A stretch of DNA of 64,000 bases from the human T2T-CHM13v2.0 reference genome, Homo sapiens, in NCBI RefSeq assembly GCF_009914755.1, contig NC_060944.1. The stretch is one strand, 5' to 3'. Both the position numbers and the translations under genes were made by a program. The notes under the pieces are model-generated. The model was not told the origin of the DNA and made no database searches. It was given only the letters and a program-made list of their open reading frames with translations. This document shows, one piece after another, positions 55,501 through 64,000 of this stretch (positions are counted from its first letter, which is position 1; each line of letters opens with the position of its first letter).

Positions 55501-58500
55501 AGCTTCCGGACCCTCCAATTACAACCAAATTGCTCCTCCCTGGTTCGGCAGCTCCATGACCCTCAAACCAGAACAAGACCTCTCCTCCCTGGGTCTCCAG
55601 CTTCCAGACCCTCGAATTACAACCAAATTCCTCCTCCCTGGGTCTGCAGCTCCACCACCCTCAAACTAAAACAAGACCTCTCCTCCCTGGGTCACCAGCT
55701 TCCTGACCCTCGAACTACAACAAAATTGCTCCTCCCTGATCAGCAGCTCCACCAGCCTCAAACTCGAACAAGACTTCTCCTTCCCAGGTTGCCAGCTACC
55801 AGACCCTCGAATTACAACAACATTGCTCCTCCCTGGGTCTGCAGCTCCACGACCCTCATACCAGAACAAGACCTCTCCTCCCCTGGGTCGCCAGCTTCCT
55901 GTCCCTCGAATTACAACCAAATTGCTCCTCCCTGATCAGCAGCTCCAGCAGCCTCAAACTCGAACAAGACTTCTCCTCCCGAGGTTGCCAGCTACCAGAC
56001 CCTCGAATTACAACAACATTGCTCCTCAGTGGGTCTGCAGCTCCACGACCCTCAGACCAGAAGAAGACCTCTCCTCCCCTGGGTCGCCAGCTTCCTGACC
56101 CTCGAATTACAACCAAATTGCTCCTCCCTGGGTCGGCAGCTCCACGACCCTCAAACTCCAACAACACTTCTCTTCCCTGGGTTGCCAGCTACTGGACCCT
56201 TGAATTACAACAAAATTGCTCCTCCCTGGGTCTGCAGCTCCACGACCCTCAGACCAGAACAAGACCTCTCCTCCCTGGGTCGCCAGCTTCCTGACCCTCG
56301 AATTACAACCAAATTGCTCCTCCCTGGGTCTGCAGCTCCACGACCCTCAGACCAGAACAAGACCTCTCTCCTCCCTGGGTCTCCAGCTTCCGGACCCTCA
56401 AATTACAACCAAATTGCTCCTCCCTGGGTCGGCAGCTTCACGACCCTCAAACTCGAACAAGACTTCTCCTACCCGGGTTGCCAGCTACCGGACCCTTGAA
56501 TTACAACAAAATTGCTCCTCCCTGGGTCTGCAGCTCCACGACCCTCATACCAGAACAAGACCTCTCCTCCCCTGGGTCGCCAGCTTCCTGACCCTCGAAT
56601 TAGAACCAAATTGCTCCTCCCTGGTTCGGCAGCTCCACGACCCTCAAACTACAACAAGACCTCTCCTCCCTGGGTCTCCAGCTTCCAGACCCTCGAATTA
56701 CAACAGAATTGCTCCTCCCTGGGTCTGCAGCTCTACGACCCTCAAACTAGAACAAGACCTCTCCTCCCGGGGTCTCCAGCTTCCGGACCCTTGAATTACA
56801 ACAACATTGCTCCTGCCTGGGTCTGCAGTTCCACAACCCTCAAACTAAAACAAGACCTCTCCTCCCTGGGTCGCCAGATTCCTGACCCACGAACTACAAC
56901 AAAATTGCTCGTCCCTGGTCGGCAGCTCCACGAGCCTCAAACTCGAAGAAGACTTCTCCTCCCCAGGTTGCCAGCTACCACACCCTCGAATTACAACAAC
57001 ATTGCTCCTCCCTGGGTATGTAGCTCCACGACCCTCAGACCAGAACAAGACCTCTCCTCCCTGGGTCGCCAGCTTCCTGACCCTCGAATTACAACCAAAT
57101 TGCTCCTCCCTGGGTCGGCAGCTCCACGACCCTCAGACGAGAACAAGACCTCTCTCCTCCCTGGGTCTCCAGCTTCCGGACCCTCAAATTACAACCAAAT
57201 TGCTCCTCCCTGGGTCGGCAGCTCCACGACCCTCAAACTCCAACAACACTTCTCTTCCCTGGGTTGCCAGCTACCGGACCCTTGAATTACAACAAAATTG
57301 CTCCTCCCTGGGTCTGCAGCTCCACGACCCTCACACCAGAACAAGACCTCTCCTCCCTGGGTCGCCAGCTTCCGGACCCTCGAATTACAACAGCATTGCT
57401 CCTCCCTGGTTCGGCAGCTCCACGACCCTCAAACTAGAACAAGACCTCTCCTCCCTGGGTCTCCAGCTTCCAGACCCTCGAATTACAACCAAATTGCTCC
57501 TCCCTGGGTCTGCAGCTCCACCACCCTCAAACTAAAACAAGACCTCTCCTTCCTGGGTCACCAGCTTCCTGACCCTCGAACTACAACAAAATTGCTCCTC
57601 CCTGATCAGCAGCTCCACCAGCCTCAAACTCGAACAAGACTTCTCCTCCCCAGGTTGCCAGCTACCAGACCCTCGAATTACAACAACATTGCTCCTCCCT
57701 GGGTCTGCAGCTCCACGACCCTCAGACCAGAAGAAGACCTCTCCTCCCCTTGGTTGCCAGCTTCCTGACCCTCGAATTACAACCAAATTGCTCCTCTCTG
57801 GGTCGGCAGCTCCACGACCCTCAAACTCCAACAACACTTCTCTTCCCTGGGTTGCCAGCTACCGGACCCTTGAATTACAACAAAATTGCTCCTCCCTGGG
57901 TCTGCAGCTCCATGACCCTCACACCAGAACAAGACCTCTCCTCCCTGGGTCGCCAGATTTCGGACCCTCCAATTACAACAACATTGCTCCTCCCTGGTTC
58001 GGCAGCTCCACGACCCTCAAACTACAACAAGACCTCTCCTCCCTGGGTCTCCAGCTTCCAGACCCTCGGATTACAACAGAATTGCTCCTCCCTGGGTCTG
58101 CAGCTCTACGACCCTCAAACTAGAACAAGACCTCTCCTCCCTGTGTCTCCAGCTTCCGGACCTTTGAATTACAACAACATTGCTCCTGCCTGGGTCTGCA
58201 GTTCCACAACCCTCAAACTAAAACAAGACCTCTCCTCCCTGGGTCGCCAGATTCCTGACCCACGAACTACAACAAAATTGCTCCTCCCTGGTCGGCAGCT
58301 CCACGAGCCTCAGACTCGAACAAGACTTCTCCTCCCCAGGTTGCCAGCTACCACACCCTCGAATTACAACAACATTGCTCCTCCCTGGGTATGTAGCTCC
58401 ACGACCATCAGACCAGAAGAAGACATCTCCTCCCTGGGTCACCAGCTTCCGGACCCTCCAATTACAACCAAATTGCGCCTCCCTGGTTCGGCAGCTCCAC

Positions 58501-61500
58501 GACCCTCAAACTCGAACAAGACTTCTCCTACCCGGGTTGCCAGCTACCGGACCCTTGAATTACAACAAAATTGCTCCTCCCTGGGTCTGCAGCTCCACGA
58601 CCCTCATACCAGAACAAGACCTCTCCTCCCTGCGTCGCCAGCTTCCTGACCCTCGAATTACAACCAAATTGCTCCTCCATGGGTCGGCAGCTCTACGACC
58701 CTCAAACTAGAACAAGACCTCTCCTCCCTGGGTCGCCAGCTTCCGGACCCTTGAATTACAACAACATAGCTCCTGCCTGGGTCTGCAGTTCCGCAACCCT
58801 CAAACTAAAACAAGACCTCTCCTCCCTGGGTCACCAGCTTCCGGACCCTCCAATTACAACCAAATTGCTCCTCCCTGGTTCGGCAGCTCCATGACCCTCA
58901 AACCAGAACAAGACCTCTCCTCCCTGGGTCTCCAGCTTCCAGACCCTCGAATTACAACCAAATTGCTCCTCCCTGGGTCTGCAGCTCCACCACCCTCAAA
59001 CTAAAACAAGACCTCTCCTCCCTGGGTCACCAGCTTCCTGACCCTCGAACTACAAAAAAATTGCTCCTCCCTGATCAGCAGCTCCACCAGCCTCAAACTC
59101 GAACAAGACTTCTCCTCCCCAGGTTGCCAGCTACCAGACCCTCGAATTACAACAACATTGCTCCTCCCTGGGTCTGCAGCTCCACGACCCTCAGACCAGA
59201 AGAAGACCTCTCCTCACCTGGGTCGCCAGCTTCCTGACCCTCGAATTACAACCAAATTGCTCCTCCCTGGGTCGGCAGCTCCACGACCCTCAAACTCCAA
59301 CAACACTTCTCTTCCCTGGGTTGCCAGCTACCGGACCCTTGAATTACAACAAAATTGCTCCTCCCTGGGTCTGCAGCTCCACGACCCTCACACCAGAACA
59401 AGACCTCTCCTCCCTGGGTCGCCAGCTTTCGGACCCTCCAATTACAACAACATTGCTCCTCCCTGGTTCGGCAGCTCCACGACCCTCAAACTACAACAAG
59501 ACCTCTCCTCCCTCGGTCTCCAGCTTCCAGACCCTCGAATTACAACAGAATTGCTCCTCCCTGGGTCTGCAGCTCTACGACCCTCAAACTAGAACAAGAC
59601 CTCTCCTCCCTGGGTCTCCAGCTTCCGGACTCTCCAATTACAACCAAATTGCTCCTCCCTGGGTCGGCAGCTCCACGACCCTCAAACTAGAACAAGACCT
59701 CTCCTCCCTGGGTCACCAGCTTCCGGACCCTTGAATTACAACAACATTGCTCCTGCCTGGGTCTGCAGTTCCACAACCCTCAAACTAAAACAAGACCTCT
59801 CCTCCCTGGGTCGCCAGATTCCTGACCCACGAACTACAACAAAATTGCTCCTCCCTGGTCGGCAGCTCCACGAGCCACAAACTCGAACAAGACTTCTCCT
59901 CCCCAGGTTGCCAGCTACCACACCCTCGAATTACAACAACATTGCTCCTCCCTGGATATGTAGCTCCACGACCCTCAGACCAGAACAAGACATCTCCTCC
60001 CTGGGTCACCAGCTTCCGGACCCTCCAATTACAACCAAATTGCGCCTCTCTGGTTCGGCAGCTCCACGACCCTCAAACTAGAACAAGACCTCTCCTCCCT
60101 GGGTCGCCAGCTTCCGGACCCTCCAATTACAACAGCATTGCTCCTCCCTGGTTCGGCAGCTCCACGACCCTCAAACTAGAACAAGACCTCTCCTCCCTGG
60201 GTCTCCAGCTTCCAGACCCTCGAATTACAACAATATTGCTCCTCCCTGGGTCTGCACCTCCAACAACCTCAAACTAAAACAAGACCTCTCCTCCCTGGGT
60301 CACCAGCTTCCTGACCCTCGAACTACAACAAAATTGCTCCTCCCTGATCAGCAGCTCCACCAGCCTAAAACTCGAACAAGACTTCTCCTCCCCAGGTTGC
60401 CAGCTACCAGACCCTCGAATTACAACAACATTGCTCCTCCCTGGGTCTGCAGCTCCACGACCCTCAGACCAGAAGAAGACCTCTCCTCCCCTGGGTCGCC
60501 AGCTTCCTGACCCTCGAATTACAACCAAATTGCTCCTCCCTGGGTCGGCAGCTCCACGACCCTCAAACTCCAACAACACTTCTCTTCCCTGGGTTGCCAG
60601 CTACTGGACCCTTGAATTACAACAAAATTGCTCCTCCCTGGGTCTGCAGCTCCACGACCCTCACACCAGAACAAGACCTCTCCTCCCTGGGTCGCCAGCT
60701 TTCGGACCCTCCAATTACAACAACATTGCTCCTCCCTGGTTCCGCAGCTCTACGACCCTCAAATTAGAACAAGACCTCTCCTCCCGGGGTCTCCAGCTTC
60801 CGGACCCTTGAATTACAACAACATTGCTCCTGCCTGGGTCTGCAGTTCCACAACCCTCAAACTAAAACAAGACCTCTCCTCCCTGGGTCGCCAGATTCCT
60901 GACCCACGAACTACAACAAAATTGCTCGTCCCTGGTCGGCAACTCCACGAGCCTCAAACTCGAAGAAGACTTCTCCTCCCCAGGTTGCCAGCTACCACAC
61001 CCTCGAATTACAACAACATTGCTCCTCCCTGGGTATGTAGCTCCATGACCCTCAGACCAGAACAAGACCTCTCCTCCCTGGGTCGCCAGCTTCCTGACCC
61101 TCGAATTACAACCAAATTGCTCCTCCCTGGGTCTGCAGCTCCACGACCCTCAGACGAGAACAAGACCTCTCTCCTCCCTGGGTCTCCAGCTTCCGGACCC
61201 TCAAATTACAACCAAACTGCTCCTCCCTGGGTCGGCAGATCCACGACCCTCAAACTCGAACAAGACTTCTCCTACCCGGGTTGCCAGCTACCGGACCCTT
61301 GAATTACAACAAAATTGCTCCTCCCTGGGTCTGCAGCTCCACGACCCTCATACCAGAACAAGACCTCTCCTCACCTGGGTCGCCAGCTTCCTGACCCTCG
61401 AATTAGAACCAAATTGCTCCTCCCTGGGTCGGCAGCTCCACGACCCTCAAACTCCAAGAACACTTCTCTTCCCTGGGTTGCCAGCTACCGGACCCTTGAA

Positions 61501-64000
61501 TTACAACAAAATTGCTCCTCCCTGGGTCTGCAGCTCCACGACCCTCACACCAGAACAAGACCTCTCCTCCCTGGGTCGCCAGCTTTCGGACCCTCCAATT
61601 ACAACAACATTGCTCCTCCCTGGTTCGGCAGCTCCACGACCCTCAAACTACAACAAGACCTCTCCTCCCTGGGTCTCCAGCTTCCAGACCCTCGAATTAC
61701 AACAGAATTGCTCCTCCCTGGGTCTTCAGCTCTACGACCCTAAAACTAGAACAAGACCTCTCCTCCCTGGGTCTCCAGCTTCCGGACCCTCCAATTACAA
61801 CCAAATTGCTCCTCCCTGGGTCGGCAGCTCCACGACCCTCAAACTAGAACAAGACCTCTCCTCCCTGGGTCACCAGCTTCCGGACCCTTGAATTACAACA
61901 ACATTGCTCCTGCCTGGGTCTGCAGTTCCACAACCCTCAAACTAAAGCAAGACCTCTCCTCCCTGGGTCGCCAGATTCCTGACCCACAAACTACAACAAA
62001 ATTGCTCCTCCCTGGTCGGCAGCTCCACGAGCCTCAAACTCGAACAAGACTTCTCCTCCCCAGGTTGCCAGCTACCACACCCTCGAATTACAACAACATT
62101 GCTCCTCCCTGGGTATGTAGCTCCACGACACTCAGACCAGAACAAGACATCTCCTCCCTGGGTCACCAGCTTCCGGACCCTCCAATTACAACCAAATTGC
62201 GCCTCCCTGGTTCGGCAGCTCCACGACCCTCAAACTAGAACAAGACCTCTCCTCCCTCGGTCGCCAGCTTCCGGACCCTCGAATTACAACAGCATTGCTC
62301 CTCCCTGGTTCGGCAGCTCCACGACCCTCAAACTAGAACAAGACCTCTCCTCCCTGGGTCTCCAGCTTCCAGACCCTCGAATTACAACCAAATTGCTCCT
62401 CCCTGGGTCTGCAGCTCCACCACCCTCAAACTAAGACAAGACCTCTCCTTCCTGGGTCACCAGCTTCCTGACCCTCGAACTACAACAAAATTGCTCCTCC
62501 CTGATCAGCAGCTCCACCAGCCTCAAACTCGAACAAGACTTCTACTTCCCAGGTTGCCAGCTACCAGACCCTCGAATTACAACAACATTGCTCCTCCCTG
62601 GGTCTGCAGCTCCACGACCCTCAGACCAGAAGAAGACCTCTCCTCCCCTGGGTCGCCAGCTTCCTGACCCTCGAATTACAACCAAATTGCTCCTCCCTGG
62701 GTCGGCAGCTCCATGACCCTCAAACTCCAACAACACTTCTCTTCCCTGGTTTGCCAGCTACCGGACCCTTGAATTACAACAAAATTGCTCCTCCCTGGGT
62801 CTGCAGCTCCACGACCCTCACACCAGAACAAGACCTCTCCTCCCTGGGTCGCCAGCTTTCCGACCCTCCAATTACAACAACATTGCTCCTCCCTGGTTCG
62901 GCAGCTCCACGACCCTCAAACTAGAACAAGACCTCTCCTCCCTCGGTCTCCAGCTTCCAGACCCTCGAATTACAACAATATTGCTCCTCCCTGGGTCTGC
63001 AGCTCCATGACCCTCAGACCAGAAGAAGACCTCTCCTCCCTGGGTCGCCAGCTTCCTGACCCTCGAATTACAACCAAATTGCTCCTCCCTGGGTCGGCAG
63101 CTCCACGACCCTCAAACTAGAACAAGACCTCTCCTCCCTGGGTCGCCAGCTTCCAGACCCTTGAATTACAACAACATAGCTCCTGCCTGGGTCTGCAGTT
63201 CCGCAACCCTCAAACTAAAACAAGACCTCTCCTCCCTGGGTCACCAGCTTCCGGACCCTCCAATTACAACCAAATTGCTCCTCCCTGGTTCGGCAGCTCC
63301 ATGACCCTCAAACCAGAACAAGACCTCTCCTCCCTGGGTCTCCAGCTTCCAGACCCTCGAATTACAACCAAATTGCTCCTCCCTGGGTCTGCAGCTCCAC
63401 CACCCTCAAACTAAAACAAGACCTCTCCTCCCTGGGTCACCAGCTTCCTGACCCTCGAACTACAACAAAATTGCTCCTCCCTGATCAGCAGCTCCAGCAG
63501 CCTCAAACTCGAACAAGACTTCTCCTTCCCAGGTTGCCAGCTACCAGACCCTCGAATTACAACAACATTGCTCCTCCCTGGGTCTGCAGCTCCACGACCC
63601 TCAGACCAGAAGAAGACCTCTCCTCACCTGGGTCGCCAGCTTCCTGACCCTCGAATTACAACCAAATTGCTCCTCCCTGGGTCGGCAGCTCCACGACCCT
63701 CAAACTCCAACAACACTTCTCTTCCCTGGGTTGCCAGCTACCGGACCCTTGAATTACAACAAAATTGCTCCTCCCTGGGTCTGCAGCTCCACGACCCTCA
63801 CACCAGAACAAGGCCTCTCCTCCCTGGGTCGCCAGCTTTCGGACCCTCCAATTAAAACAACATTGCTCCTCCCTGGTTCGGCAGCTCCACGACCCTCAAA
63901 CTACAACAAGACCTCTCCTCCCTCGGTCTCCAGCTTCCAGACCCTCGAATTACAACAGAATTGCTCCTCCCTGGGTCTGCAGCTCTACGACCCTCAAACT
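52530..64000 (+). repeat. SATR-like satellite array B, homogeneous 98-bp dimer (49+49) with higher-order structure; truncated by the window end
   Basis: Alternating 49-bp units gaccctcaaactagaacaagacctctcctccctgggtcgccagcttcct and gaccctcgaattacaaccaaattgctcctccctgggtctgcagctccac. Variant markers recur at multiples of about 98 bp. Confidence 0.93.

Noticed and set aside
53168-63855. Many 100-300 aa Pro/Ser/Leu-rich ORFs (possible mucin-like repeat gene)
   Set aside because: They are translations of a 98-bp unit, which is not a multiple of 3. Frames rotate, stops recur and +1/+2 indels are tolerated, so there is no coding signature.
52530-64000. PRDM9 hotspot motif in every monomer
   Set aside because: Only the CCTCCCT 7-mer is present. 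CCTCCCTGGGTCN does not fit the CCNCCNTNNCCNC 13-mer.
52530-64000. Alpha satellite or centromere
   Set aside because: The unit is 49/98 bp and GC-rich, not 171 bp and AT-rich. The analogy is only architectural.

Overview
Primate (hominoid-like) non-coding genomic DNA, rich in Alu, MIR, L2, MaLR/ERV LTRs and DNA-transposon remnants. I recognise no protein-coding gene. The main structure is an old, imperfect direct duplication: copy A at about 4.0-26.6 kb and copy B from about 37.7 kb to beyond the window end. The copies differ by indels and copy-specific TE insertions, and their identity is patchy. Each copy ends in a C-rich SATR1/SATR2-like satellite array. Array A (about 21.4-26.56 kb) is a degenerate ~53-bp tandem repeat that runs directly into an MLT2-like LTR 3' end. 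Array B starts as the same ~53-bp repeat (49.2-52.5 kb). It then switches abruptly to a homogeneous, CpG-rich 98-bp dimer (49+49 bp) arranged in variable-length higher-order blocks, which continues past 64 kb. Both arrays contain a short internal inversion with the same left junction. Repeat family names come from recalled consensus sequences, and identities are estimated by eye, not computed.
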